From Octopus vulgaris (Eukaryota), in contig OX597823.1 of assembly GCA_951406725.2 (NCBI GenBank), positions 116,932,001-116,996,000 on the forward strand: a stretch of 64,000 nucleotides of DNA, read 5' to 3'. A program made the position numbers and the translations under genes. This document shows, one piece after another, positions 1-12,559 of this stretch (positions are counted from its first letter, which is position 1; each line of letters begins with the position of its first letter). The notes below the pieces were generated by a model that saw only the letters and a program-made list of their open reading frames with translations, made no database searches and was not told the origin of the DNA.

Positions 1-37
1 ATAAACAGGGACAAAACCCGGATTTAAAACACTGGAT

Positions 38-68
<31 letters not shown>

Positions 69-480
69 ATATATTATTCCACTTCATATGATTTCACTAG
101 AATTTCTCCAATTTTGTTTCATTAGAATTTTAAAAATATTTCCTTTAATCAATCATGTATTCATTGTTTTCTCACAACTAGGAAAATATCTTACATATAT
201 TTCTCCATAAGTTTAAGTTCGGAACAGACATAGACAACCTTTTTTTTTGAGGAACACGCCACATGGGACATGAACCATGAGACATGGTTCATCATCAGGT
301 AGAAAACTAAAAGTTGGCCATCCAAAAGCTTTCCAGAAGATAATTTCTGTAAATCTTATATTATTGACTTCTGATGGTGAAACAAAGGCTCAGCGGATGT
401 AGGGCACTGCTCATATGGCCTTCATTTCAAAGAATACTACATAGCCAATGTACTTTTGCTGCTGACCAAAATAGATAAAA

Positions 481-874
481 CAGGCTGTGTGGTAAGTAGC
501 TTGCTTACCAACCACATGGTTCCGGGTTCCGGATTCAGTCCCACCTCGGGCAAGTGTCTTCTACTATAGCCTCGGGCCAACCAAAGCCTTGTGAGTGGAT
601 TTGGTAGACGGAAACTGAAAGAAACCCGTCGTATATATGTATATGTATATATGTATGTGTGTGTGTATATGTTTGGTGTCTGTGTTTGTCCCCCCAACAT
701 TGCTTGACAACCGATGCTGGTGTATTTACGTCCCTGTAACTTAGCAGTTTGGCAAAAGAGACCGATAGAATAAATACTAGGCTTACAAAGAATAAGTCCT
801 GGGGTCAATTTGCTTGATTAAAGGCGGTGCTCCAGCATGACCACAGTCAAATGACTGAAACAAGTAAAAAGAAA
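481..874 (+). mobile_element. tRNA-derived SINE, family A (internal TA/TG microsatellite, CR1-like tail)
   Basis: Head ggctgtgtggtaag...gggttc (A/B-box-like), body gggcaagtgtcttctactatagcc, tail ggcggtgctccagcatg; about 8 homologous copies in the window. Confidence 0.85.
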
Positions 875-1707
875 GCCAATTGGGGTGTCTCTAAAGTATT
901 GTTTGATTTCCTTGAAATAGCAGCTAAATTTTGATTCATATAACACAATACAGATTTTAAAAAACAAACACATTGCAGCATATAGTCCTTGATACACTAT
1001 GCCTGATCAAAACTTTACTGTTATATTATGGTTGCAATGCCTTTGATCTATTCAGTGATGGCTTACCCAAAACTAAACAACAAAAACAATGTAACTTTAC
1101 TTGCTCCAGTGTATCTGAACCTACAAAACACAAGAAGTTGCTCTTCTTATTCCATAGCTGTCAACAATATCAAGAGAATGCAGCTGTAAACACAATTCTT
1201 TCAACAAATAAACCATCCCACTCACTAAAACACAGAAAATAGATGGAAACAAGGCAACAAAAACAAGAACAAATATTCTTCTACACTATCAAATTTCTAG
1301 TAAATCATATTTCATCTTAATCATATTATTTCTAACCATGTTAAAACTAGCCTTGCTAGCTGAGTGAATAAATCTACCCTGGAAAGCAGATTTATCAGAA
1401 TCTAAGAGAGAGTGAGAGAATGGAAGAGAAAAAGAAAGAAAAAAAAGAAAACATCCATTTTACTTGAGAAATTCTAAAACCTTGCTTTACAGCAAATAAT
1501 TATTTAATTTCCAACTGTGTCCTGCCAGAAGAAAGTGAAAAATATATGAACAAATTTTCCTTTTAATAAAATATGCATTTGTAAACAGCTGTGTTATTAG
1601 AAAATCGCATTTTCCTGTCCCCTATTTTTATTTTCAAATCATCTTTTGTTTTATACAAAAATATAGCACACACACACATACACACACACACACACACATG
1701 AAAATAT

Positions 1708-1960
1708 ACATCAGCATCTTCCTTCTACATCAATTTTTTCCATGCTTGTGTGGGTTGGACAAGTCATCAACAGTACAACATCTTGCCATTTGTTGCAGTT
1801 TTTCATCATCTCTTTCATGAAGTTTAAACTCCTGACATCAGTTTCACAACTTTTGCTTATCTTTCTTGTTTGCTACCCCTAGAGAGTGTTTCCAATTTGA
1901 TTGCTTGCCACTTCGCTCAACTCCTATCCTCCAGTGCAGTTTTCTCTCTGATGTGCTAAA
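1708..1960 (-). mobile_element. Old RTE-clade LINE 3' end fragment
   Basis: ttccatgcttgtgtgggttggac matches the RTE tail of other copies; the minus strand reads as a decayed RGRPRKTW...DLR.L...EM...W C-terminus. Confidence 0.55.
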
Positions 1961-2235
1961 CTAGTCATATATAATATATTGAACAAAATGACATAAAAAA
2001 TAAAGCAGGATGTATATGTTAATATATATGGTAAAATATTTCTTTACCTTCACCCATTTAATACAATAAGTAAGTTTATTGCATTGCTATTAAAAACACT
2101 TGTGTATTAATAATTTGGGTATTATACCAACAGTATATTGGATAAGTATTATCCCTTAGTGGGTTGGATCCACAACCCTAACATACTTGGTATATATATA
2201 TGTATATATATATATGTGTGTGTGTATGTGTGTGT

Positions 2236-2624
2236 ATTCTTTTATTATTTTATTTGTTTCAGTCATTTGACTTTGGCCATGCTGGAGCACCACCTTTAGT
2301 CGAATAAATCGATCCCAGCACTTATTCTTTGTAAGCCTAGTACTTATTCTATCAGTCTCTTTTGCTGAACAGCTAAGTAATAGGGATGCAAACACACCAA
2401 CATCGGCTGTCAAGTGATGGTGGAGGAGGGACAAACACAGACACACAAATACGCACACACACACACACGCACACACACACACATATATATACATATATAC
2501 GACGGGATTATTTCAGTTTCAGTCTACAAAATTCAGTCACAGAGCTTTGGTCGGCCCGAGGCTATAGTAGAAGACACTTGCCCAAGGTGCCACACACTGG
2601 GTCTGAACCCAGAACCATGTGGTT
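2236..2624 (-). mobile_element. SINE family A copy
   Basis: Reverse complement of the 481-874 element. Confidence 0.85.
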
Positions 2625-2641
2625 CTATCTATAGGGATATT

Positions 2642-2700
2642 TAACCTGATGAGACAAATGGGTCCCTTAAGAGGTAACTAACGTCAAAATTGCAATAGGG
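2642..2700 (+). ncRNA. Degenerate type-I hammerhead ribozyme motif
   Basis: CTGATGA(2646)-gac...gtc-AAAA (G12 changed to A)-palindrome ttgcaa-TA-ggg. Confidence 0.45.
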
Positions 2701-3003
2701 AATTAACCAGTTATTTTCAGGTTGTGGATTCTATTTGCCATGTCACCTGAAGACAGATTTTCTATTGTGAGGAGAAATAATGCGAGTTATATAATGGTTT
2801 TATAGCAGTTTCAGCTGCTATTTTTAACATGTAAGGGTTTTCTAACCCTCTTAGTTATAATTGTGACTTGTTCATTATTATAAATGTTTTTCTTCTATGT
2901 ATATATTTATATATATTAGCGTATTTAAATACATACACATACATATACGTATACTCATATACACATATTTACATTTATTTAATTATTTTCTAGTTTTTAT
3001 CTT

Positions 3004-3085
3004 GGACACGATGAGTGACTATATTTAAATTGAATTGATTTTACTGTTATCAATTTGAAAATATAGCCACGAGACACGTGTAGCC
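3004..3085 (+). ncRNA. Degenerate hammerhead motif with long stem II
   Basis: cgatga-gtgactatattt...aaatatagccac-gaga-cacgtg-TA; both core boxes carry one change, stem II has 11/12 pairs. Confidence 0.4.
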
Positions 3086-3228
3086 TATTTACTAATTATA
3101 TACTATTTATTTATTATTTCATACTTTATTTAGTTCTAGGTAAATGTTTTATCGTATCTTTAATTTTTTTCTATATGGTGTGACTTAAGTATATCATTGT
3201 TGAATTGCTACATGGTGGTTCTTCTCTA

Positions 3229-3278
<50 letters not shown>

Positions 3279-3279
3279 C

Positions 3280-3500
3280 TAGATTGTAAAGTTACATGTC
3301 TAAGTACATGTCCGAGTTGTGGGTGTTAGGCTTACATTAGTTAGGTATGGTGAAGATTGTAATTTATGAATGTGTGTTTAGATGCATGTAGGCATCTGGG
3401 TAATTGTTCTGTAAGTCTATTTATAATGCACTCCTTAGTTAACAATGACAACATGTAGCCTAAACTGTGCTGGTGCTCTACTCAACATTTAAACACACTA
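3280..3500 (-). mobile_element. Possible Penelope-like endonuclease C-terminal remnant
   Basis: Minus strand IINRLTEQLPRCLHASKHTF resembles the LNKRSE...C.H..K end of Penelope GIY-YIG domains; short match. Confidence 0.3.
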
Positions 3501-3542
3501 ATCTAATTATACATATTTGTCTAAATTTTCTATTATTATTAT

Positions 3543-3587
<45 letters not shown>

Positions 3588-3646
3588 GAAATATTAAAAT
3601 TACTAAGTCTCTCTAAAAGAGATTACGGCAGCGTTACTGGAAATTA

Positions 3647-3716
3647 ATTGTTATCGCCATATTAATATGGCAGTCTTATATCTATAAGACTGCCATATTA
3701 ATATGGCGATAACAAT
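3647..3716. repeat. Perfect 34-bp inverted repeat with 2-nt spacer and nested 16-bp palindromes
   Basis: attgttatcgccatattaatatggcagtcttata-tc-tataagactgccatattaatatggcgataacaat. Confidence 0.95.
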
Positions 3717-3849
3717 ATATATATATATATATATACATACATTTTTCCCTAGACAACTGTCAAACCAATACCAGCATAAAAAATGGGTGTTAAATTTATT
3801 TTTATATGATTTTGTCCCAAAGAAGTTCAAGACCACTGTGGCATAGGGG

Positions 3850-4685
3850 ATTACAAGACAGGTAAAAGAAGCAGCCTATGAGTTTGACACACAGACATTT
3901 TAAAGGATTGAATGTTATAGTTCAGAGAAAAACAAATGAATGGTAGTGAGCTCCAGAGAATGGCAGTTCAAGGAAAGAATTTATTGGAATAAGATAACTT
4001 ATGACTAACAGGAAACTCAACAGAAAAATACTTTACTTGCAAAAAAAAGCATATGATATATTTAAAGGTTTGTAATAGTGGCTACTAGACAAGAAATTTC
4101 ATCAGAGGAATAACTCTAGAAAAGACTCAACCAAGCTACATTTTAACAATGGACCAAAAATCTCCAGCCTAGTAGAAAGAAGAGGACCCACCATGTAACT
4201 TAACAACTTGATTTTAAATTCAATCAAGTAAGTCAAGGCACTCAGAAAAGACACCAGACCAAAGATGATAGATATGCTTGAAGCAGTGAACTGACAGAAA
4301 TTTTAGGATGCTGGGTATCTATCATTACATTCTGAGTTCAAATTCTGCCAAATTTCATCCTTTCAGGGTCAATAAAATAAGTACCATTTCAACATTGGGG
4401 CAATGTAATTGACTAAGACCCACCTCAAAACGTCCTGGTCTTGTGTCAAAATTTGAAACCAAGTTTTAAATCTGGATTGAAAGGAGGTCTTACAAAAGTA
4501 CAAGCATCAGAAATTTGTGAGAATGGAAAAGAGATCCAATGTTCTTGGCGTTTGATATGGCAATAGGCTGAACATTTTTGTTCCAAGAAAGATCCTTAGT
4601 CAGCATCAAACCAAAAAGTCAGAAACTATAGCATTCTGGAAGATCAATTCCAACCATAACAAGAGAAGGAAGGAATAGTTGTCTA
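3850..4685 (-). mobile_element. Degraded CR1/L2-group (Crack-like) LINE 3' part, interrupted by a SINE
   Basis: Minus strand FFP*TAILWSSLPFICFSLNYNIQSFKMSV fits the SFFPRT..LWNSLP...FP..YNL..FK C-terminal motif. Confidence 0.55.
4283..4462 (+). mobile_element. SINE family C, degraded
   Basis: ttctgagttcaaattctgcc...tttcatcctttcagggtcaataaaataagtacc core. Confidence 0.7.
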
Positions 4686-4689
4686 TAAT

Positions 4690-5009
4690 AGCACATGAAA
4701 AAACATTCGAGCAAGGTCGTTGCCAGTGCCACAGGACTGGCCCCTGTGCAGGTGACACGTTAAAAACACCATTTGAGCATGGCCATTGCCAGCACTACCT
4801 GATTGGCCCTCATGCCAGTGGCATGTAAAAGCACCCACTACACTCTCGGAGTGGTTGGCATTAGGAAGGGCATCCAGCTGTAGAAACTCTGCCAGATCAA
4901 GATTGGAGCCTGATGCAGCCATCTGGTTCGCCAGTCCTCAATCAAATCGTCCAACCCATGCTAGCATGGAAAGCGGACGTTAAATGATGATGATGACGAC
5001 GACGATGAC
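4690..5009 (+). mobile_element. RTE 3' UTR or RTE-tailed short retroposon with (GAT)n tail
   Basis: gagtggttggcattaggaagggcatccagctgtagaaa...catgctagcatggaaagcggacgttaaa(tga)n, the same as the UTR downstream of RTE ORF ends at 25288 and 55421. Confidence 0.85.
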
Positions 5010-5059
5010 TAAGTGCCAAAAAGCTTTGTAAGCTGGCATTAAAAGTCATCAACCAGCCA

Positions 5060-5490
5060 GGCACTACCCCCTATTTGCATTGATCTAGCAAAATTCTTTG
5101 AGGCAGCTCTTCTAAGGCTGGATGCCCTTTCTGTTGCCAACCTTCACCAGTTTCCATGCAAAGTCACATTTCCCCTATTCTTTTTAATGTCAGCAGCACA
5201 ATGGCTTGGCCTGTTTCCAAAGATTATGAACAAACATCCTCACTTGTACAACAGTGATGTTTGTTTGCAGTTACCATGTAATGAAAGACAAGGTGATACA
5301 AATACATGCACAGAGTGAGGGGGAGAGAGAAAGATACATAAATAGAGAGACAAACAGACAAATAAATACAAGAGGTTTCTTTCAATTTTCATCAACCAAA
5401 TCCAGTTATAAAACTTTGGTCAACCAGAGGCTATGGCAGAAGACACTTTCCAGAGTCGATGGACTGAGCTTGAAATCTCATGTTTGCAAA
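5060..5490 (-). mobile_element. Degraded SINE (family-A-like head plus gaagggcatccagcc body)
   Basis: 5375-5490 is similar to the reverse of the family A head; ggctggatgccctttctgttgccaacc at about 5116. Confidence 0.5.
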
Positions 5491-6339
5491 ACAAGGTCTC
5501 TACAGATAATTTTGACCTGCAGAAACTTATAAATTAATCATTGCTAATAACATTGGTAAATAAGAAGTATCGGATTCGTTGATGTAACATAAAATATCAA
5601 ATATTTATGATAAGTGGCAGAACTTCTAAACACTTCGTCCATTTTCTCTGTCTCTTTCTCCCTTTCTAAATCCCTCTCGCTTTCTTTCACATACTCACAT
5701 GCACACACATTCACATACACACACACAAAGAGAGTTCATCCAAAATTTCATATCCATCCGTGTTTCTTTTAGCCACAAACCTAACTTTACTGCAAAACAT
5801 TAATTATACTAACATGAAGTTTGCAGAGCCATTGCTCCAGCCATATTGTTTAAGACCAAGAATAATTTTTCATAGAACATACAGTATGTGAAAAAGAATA
5901 TAACAAATACTAAGTACAAGTAATGTAATATTTGAGTAGTCAAAAATTGAACTTATTGTGTTTTATTTACTCTTCAGATCTTGCAGGGTTTTTTTTTTTC
6001 TGAGAATAAGTTTTGTTAATCCATCAGTAATTGTTTGTTACTGTTCCAAAATGTTTGCATAATTTAGATATAATTATGATTACAAAGTTGAAGCTTCTTA
6101 CGAAGTTGTAGTAAAATGTTGATTTATTTTTTCAACGATCGTGGTGATATTAGCTTAGAAAAACTTTGAAATTGTATCACAATCTTAATGTTGTGCTAAA
6201 TGAGACGTGATAATGTGAAATATCAAGAAAAAGTTATTAAAAGATTTTTGAGAAGCTAATTTGAATTATATAAAAGCTGGACAGCTATATTACAGTCAAC
6301 TATACATGCCTACAGCAGTTCTTTGTAAACAGTGTTTTC

Positions 6340-6810
6340 TGAGTCCATTGGAATTGTCAATGAAGACTTTGGTACTGGAGTGTCAGTTGGTATTGAGCAA
6401 AAACAGACTTTAGTTGTTAGATGCCACCTCTGACATATTCTCACTGGCCCTTATTTATTGTCACTGCAAAATAATTTTACTAAGGAACTGTTGCCTGATG
6501 ACGGTGAAAGGGAATTTGTTTGTGTCATGGTCAGGGAAACATGGCAGGAAGACTAAAAGACTTTCATTGTTCCAGATAAGATTTCACATTCAACAATCCT
6601 TTTATCAATTGGATGACACTTGTTCTTGTTTCAGTTCAGTGTCACCATATTGAACTTATTTGTAAGTTGCATAAAAGCATAACAGGACAAACTTTGAGCA
6701 CAGAGTCATGGTTGGATAGGCTTGAGGGTGTTCTGTTACCGAGAAATTTTGTTGGTATGACATGTTTGTACTCATCTTCCTACACTGAGTCAGCAAAGGT
6801 ATAGACTTTT
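6340..6810 (-). pseudogene. Helitron Pif1-family helicase C-terminal remnant
   Basis: Minus strand IPTKFLGNRTPSSLSNHDSVLKVCPVMLLCNL...IVECEILSG...FPFTVIRQQF...FAVTINKGQ...VFAQYQL matches Helitron helicase motifs; stops and frameshifts present. Confidence 0.75.
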
Positions 6811-7139
6811 GAATTACTTGGAAACTATTCAGCACACATCCCTTCAGGATCAATGAAATGAGTACCAGTTAAGTACTGGGATCAATGTGAACCACTTTCC
6901 CATTTCCCAAAGTTTCAGCCAACTGGATCAACCAGCTATTAGTCTTCGCTCGATATTCTTCTAGCAGTTACTCATCATCTCTTTATTTCATTGTACATCT
7001 GTGTTTAATGGTGTCTAGATTTGTTTCTTTATTAGCCACACAGAGCTGCACACAGACGGGACAGATTACAAAGTAGAGCTTTTCTTTTTGGGGAGAAAAA
7101 AAAAAGTGGGGTAGATTTTCGATCAAAAGGATTCGAATA

Positions 7140-7445
7140 TGTATATATATAGATATGTATATATATATGTATATATATGTGTGTATATATATGTATATAT
7201 ATAGATATGTATATATATATGTATATATATATGTGTATATATATGTATATATATATAGATATGTACATATATATGTATATTTATATAGATATGTATATGT
7301 ATATATATATAGATATGTACATATATATATCACGTGATCACGTGACCAACCAGTCCATCAGATGTAGTTACACATCGCTGGTCACAATGCGTTCGCATTG
7401 TTTTAGCCTTCGAATGACACCACCCCGCTGGTTAAGCGAGCAGGC

Positions 7446-7497
<52 letters not shown>

Positions 7498-7535
7498 GTA
7501 TGTATATAGATATGTATATATATATATATATATAT
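7140..7535. repeat. (TA)n-rich microsatellite containing a 120-bp GC-richer insert (7331-7450), probably a retroposon tail
   Basis: Direct reading; the insert begins cacgtgatcacgtgacc. Confidence 0.75.
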
Positions 7536-8572
7536 TTTTTTTTTTTTCTCTAGTTTCAGCTCAGAGCTGTGGCCATGCTGATGCACCGTTTTGTGCTACA
7601 CTGTTATTGCGAAGAACCTCATCCAATATGTGGCACTTGGTGAAGAATGGAGTTTGATATAGCTACTCTCATTTGCACCTCTTGCCGTGAGGTAGGTTCA
7701 TCTGGGATTCTCGACAGGAAGATGTCCATCTTTGATTTAAAAACAGCTACATCTACTTTGTGCAAGTTCCTCAGACTCTTTGGGAGAATATTAAAAAGCT
7801 GTGGGCCCTTGAAACCCAGGCTGTTGCAGAAGCTGGTCCTGAAGCATGATGGCATTGCTGGGATCTTTGGCACTATGCAGTGTCATCCCGTTCTAGCATT
7901 AGTGTAGCTTACAATGCCAAAATTTGGCACAATTTCTTCCAGGATCTTCCAGACATATATTACTGCATACCTCTCCCGTCTTCTCTCCAGGGAGTAGAGT
8001 CTTTGCTGTTTCAACCTTTCCCAGTAGCTGAGCTGTTGCAAAGAGATGATCTTCTTTGTGAATCTTCTCTGGATTGCTTCAAGGTCTGCTGTTAATTTCA
8101 CACTGGTGGGTGACCATAGCTGTGAGCAGTAATCCAGGTGGCTGAGGACGAATGTCCACCAGATGACCATCGTGGTTTCCTTATCTCTGGTTCTGAATGT
8201 TCTTAGGATCCATCCAGCCAGTCGTCTGCACTTTGCCGCCATCCTGGTAATGTGCACTTGGAAAGAGGTATCCTCACTCATGTCGATACCCAGGTCCCTC
8301 ACAGATTTAAGGTCTGGGATTGAAATTCCCTGTGGACCGGTGTGTCCTGTAAGTTTAATATTCAGTTTTGGATGCTGGTAACGCAGGGCCTGGAATTTTT
8401 CAGCATTAAACTGCATATTATTATCCTCAGCCCATTTGTAGATTGAGTCCAACTCCTGCTGCAGGTGTGCAACATCGCTGGGGTTCTGTATTTTCTGCAA
8501 GACTTTTGTATCGTCTGCATAGCTGGCCAGAGTGGCTATCCAGGCATTTGAGGTCATATCTGAGAGGGCCAC
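7535..8572 (-). mobile_element. 5'-truncated CR1-group LINE (RT C-terminus plus 3' end)
   Basis: ORF 7883-8572 has [17 protein letters not shown] and [11 protein letters not shown]; frameshifted continuation at 7619-7873; tail cagcatggccacagctctgagctgaaactag+A-run. Confidence 0.92.
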
Positions 8573-9010
<438 letters not shown>

Positions 9011-9017
9011 CTCTATT

Positions 9018-9128
9018 TGTGTATTAAGGCTACCACTGGTTTCATGTTAAGAAAATATCTAAATATCTTCACAATACACAAATAAAGATATTTTCTTAAC
9101 ATGAAGCCAATGGTAGCCTTAATGCACA
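9018..9128. repeat. Approximately 42-bp imperfect inverted repeat (fold-back insert)
   Basis: gtgtattaaggctaccactggtttcatgttaagaaaatatct ... agatattttcttaacatgaagccaatggtagccttaatgcac. Confidence 0.85.
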
Positions 9129-9187
9129 CCTGTAGAATCTTTATCCAGCAAAGTAGTATTGAGAACTCATACTCATTGTTCAACATT

Positions 9188-9219
<32 letters not shown>

Positions 9220-9289
9220 GCGTGCGATGGGCAAATACACACATTTCAGAGTGTTTGGGTGTCAATCAGGGGACTGTGCAATCTGAGGA

Positions 9290-9625
9290 CATGTACGAAG
9301 AGTGATAAAAATCAAACATCCAGTCAACATCAAGGTGTTTGAAGTGACTACTAGTGTGATGGTGACGTTATGCCTCTAAGGTCTACATCAAGTGCTTGGA
9401 GGAGGTAGTGCTGCCCTCAGTCAAGAGAGTGGCTACTGGGAGACTCTGTGTCTGGCAACAAGACTCTGCACTATGTCACACAAGCAGGACAACCCAGTCA
9501 TGGCTGTCAGACAGTTTCTGCTCCCATATCACTCCTAACATCTGGCCACAAAACTCCCCACACTGCAACCCCCTTGATTATTATGAGTGGGGCACTGGTG
9601 AGTGAGAGACCAACAAAACTCCTTG
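9290..9625 (+). pseudogene. Tc1/mariner superfamily DD37D (maT-type) transposase fragment
   Basis: VWQQDSA...IWPQNSPHCNPLDYYEWG with 37 residues between the second and third catalytic D; upstream KHPVNI.VF motif. Confidence 0.8.
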
Positions 9626-9869
9626 AAACACACACACACACACACACACACACAGACCACTACAACACTGAATCCTGTTGAGGAGTATCACTATTGTTTT
9701 TTATTTTCATCATCTATTGTTTTTTCATTCAAATTTCCCAGTGTCATCATCAACCTCATCATTGTAACTGTCCTCGTGCTACCCACTGGCCATTATTGAA
9801 AGAAACATAAATATTCGAACAGTTTCAAGTTGGTTTGTCTTCACTTGAGGTATTTGATGCCTGTCTCTA

Positions 9870-10000
9870 AGGCGGCGAGCTGGCAGAAACATTATAAGTA
9901 CCAGTTACGCACTGGGGTCGATATAACCGAATTAATCCGTTTGTGTTTCCTTGTTTGTCCTCTCTGTGTTTAGCCACTTGTGGGTAGTAAAGAAATGGGT
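9870..10000 (+). mobile_element. SINE family C, internally deleted, tail type 2
   Basis: Head ggcggcgagctggcagaaac joined directly to aagtaccagttacgcactggggtcg...ttgtgggtagtaaagaaat. Confidence 0.75.
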
Positions 10001-10010
10001 ATCTGATACA

Positions 10011-10050
<40 letters not shown>

Positions 10051-10907
10051 TGATACTCTCTACCACTTGCACTCACACGTTCGTTAATTACCAGTGTCGT
10101 TAGCATGATCAGTTTAAATGTTTCTGCAATTCAGTCAAAAATCAACAGCAGAAGCAACATTGTTACTATCAGCTAAAATACTAATATATATTTATACCCA
10201 CACGCACACATACGCTCACACACACACACACACACATGTACATACACATGCTTACAAAGAGTTTTCTCTCTCTCTCTCTTTCTCCTCCCTCCCTGATATG
10301 CATGTAACATATATGTCTTTATCTGTGTTATTCTTGCCAGATCTCCTAATTCCATCTAACTGCTTCAATTGTACTTAATAAGATTAGACAAACAGCATTA
10401 GTGTAAGATGTGATATTGCAAGATTTTATTGCAATGCAGTCAATTGCATTATGGTAAATCATAGAACACATATTTTGGTATTCAGGCCAAATGTAGATTT
10501 GATTTATTCAGGTAATTTGTTTAAAGCAAAAGTTCCATTGTAATCAAAGGATTCCATATTTGCCATCAGAGTTATGATTCTCAAATTCAAGCTATTCAAA
10601 AGAAGTAAATTAATTTCTATTCAATAAAAGTTTAATTGAGCACTTTTTTTTTTAATTACTTTTATTTATTTTTTTGTTATTTTTAGTGAAAAGGAAGAGA
10701 AGCTATATTGAATAAAATTAGTTTTAAATCTTTTCTTCAGACTTTTAATGAAATTGTCACTTAAGAATATGGCTACACACACTCACACTCACACACACAT
10801 TTCTCTTCACATTACCATAAATATGACAGGTTGTGTATACACATATATCTGTATATTGATTTATCTACCTGTTTATTTCATATATGTATATATCTATATC
10901 TAATTAA

Positions 10908-11126
10908 CCCTTTCACATTGAAACTAGCCATATCCTGCCAAAGTATTCTACCTTGTTATAAGATTAAACTAGTCAGATCTAGCCTCTCACATCTACACAA
11001 GAATGCCATTTTAGAAATAAGCAGTGACATCATTGAAAACTTGAAATTACAAGATAATGCATGATTAATTCAAAACATTGGGAATAAATAAGCATTGCAT
11101 TTAACAATAATCTGAATGCTAACAGG
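10908..11126. mobile_element. piggyBac-type MITE
   Basis: TTAA-ccctttcacatt ... aatgctaacagg-TTAA; related reversed copy at 28515-28708. Confidence 0.65.
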
Positions 11127-12559
11127 TTAAGCAACTGTGGATGTGTATGAATACAGAATTCTCCCCTAGAGAAATTAAGTGTTATGATATGCAAGAAAGC
11201 AGTTGATAGAAATTCCATAAAATGTAATCAGTGTAAACTATGGATGCACAGGAAACTGTATTGGGATCACAAAGAGGGAGCTCTGCACGTAAATTGCTAG
11301 GATCTATGCAAAATAAATTCCCTCAAATGCTCAGAAGGCTCACCAGAAGTTGCCAGTGGCATAGGAGACTAAGTAAAAGAATAAGAGAGTAAAAGTTCAG
11401 GAGGGGATTGTCAAAGGATTGTCTCTTTGAATCACCAGCAATTTGTATAATACTTGAGCATGAAGTGTGATTCTGAATGGTAGCCAGAAGAAACAGATGA
11501 AACCGTATATCTCTGTACACAAGATTTATAAGAAGGCACAGTGTCGTTTCTGATAGGCTGACAGAGAACTGGGACTTGAGATGTGACAGACATAGAGGAG
11601 TAGTTATTAAGTGAAACATATGAAATAAAGTCACAAGGCTGTTGAAACAGTTCCATAGATGGAGAAGATAATTTCTGCTATCTCTCTAATCTAATTAGAT
11701 CTAAACGTTACATTCTTCAACTCCTCACAATAATTAAATGGAAGCGTTCTTGAAACTCTTTTATTAATGGTTGCTGCCACAGACCATCATTAGTTGCATT
11801 AGTTTCTAGATTTTAACCTAATTGGTAGAACTGGGGGGGTGTATGAATGCAACAGAATAGTAGAGGTTAAGTGCATTGCTAAAACTGAAGCCAACAAAAA
11901 CTTTCTCTTCTCATCTAATGTTAGTTTGAAGCAAGTTTAACAAGTGTAAAATCTCACACTATAGTGGAAAGGTCTTGAGCATGGAATATCTATGACTGAT
12001 GGAGAGGATTAAAGTAGAAAGGAGATCTGATGAGTGATGAGTGATGATTATCTGTATATAAGGTGAGGTACAGGTAAGATGAGAGAGAGTGGCTGAGCAT
12101 GAAGTCATTTAGCTGTGTATTCAGGAGAAAATGTATCATTGATTTAACTATGAGATGTGGATGGAATTTCAAAACCATACAGTTGTGAAGCAAAATTCTT
12201 CACCACAAAGCCATGCCTGTTCCAGTATGGGTGTGTGTTTGTATAAAACAAATGACAGAGAGAAAAAATGGAATTCATGTGATTCTTTATTAATCACAAC
12301 AATCATTTTAACCCATGTTGTATTGGTCCCTAGATTCTGGACAACTGGTTGTGGTGCATCCTTCAGTTCAGTTGTATCTCCTCAGGTGAACTTTCAAAAG
12401 GTACCTCACTCAATAAACTTATATTTTTATTCATATGTATGATTAACTATACGTACGTCCATTATGTATATAAAAAAATGAACTGTATCCATTTCCTGTT
12501 ATTCCAAACCACAAAACTTTGTATGCCACCATTCGCAGGCAAATAACAAAATGTGTTAT

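Noticed and set aside
268-302. Hairpin tgaaccatg-aga-catggttca adjoining minus-strand CTGATGA
   Set aside because: No GAAA box or stem III follows the stem, so it is not a supportable hammerhead
6494-6512. CTGATGAcggtGAAA
   Set aside because: No stem II or III pairing; it lies in antisense Helitron coding sequence
11230-12200. Possibly decayed coding or LINE sequence with several short ORFs
   Set aside because: I could not recover diagnostic motifs by eye; left unannotated
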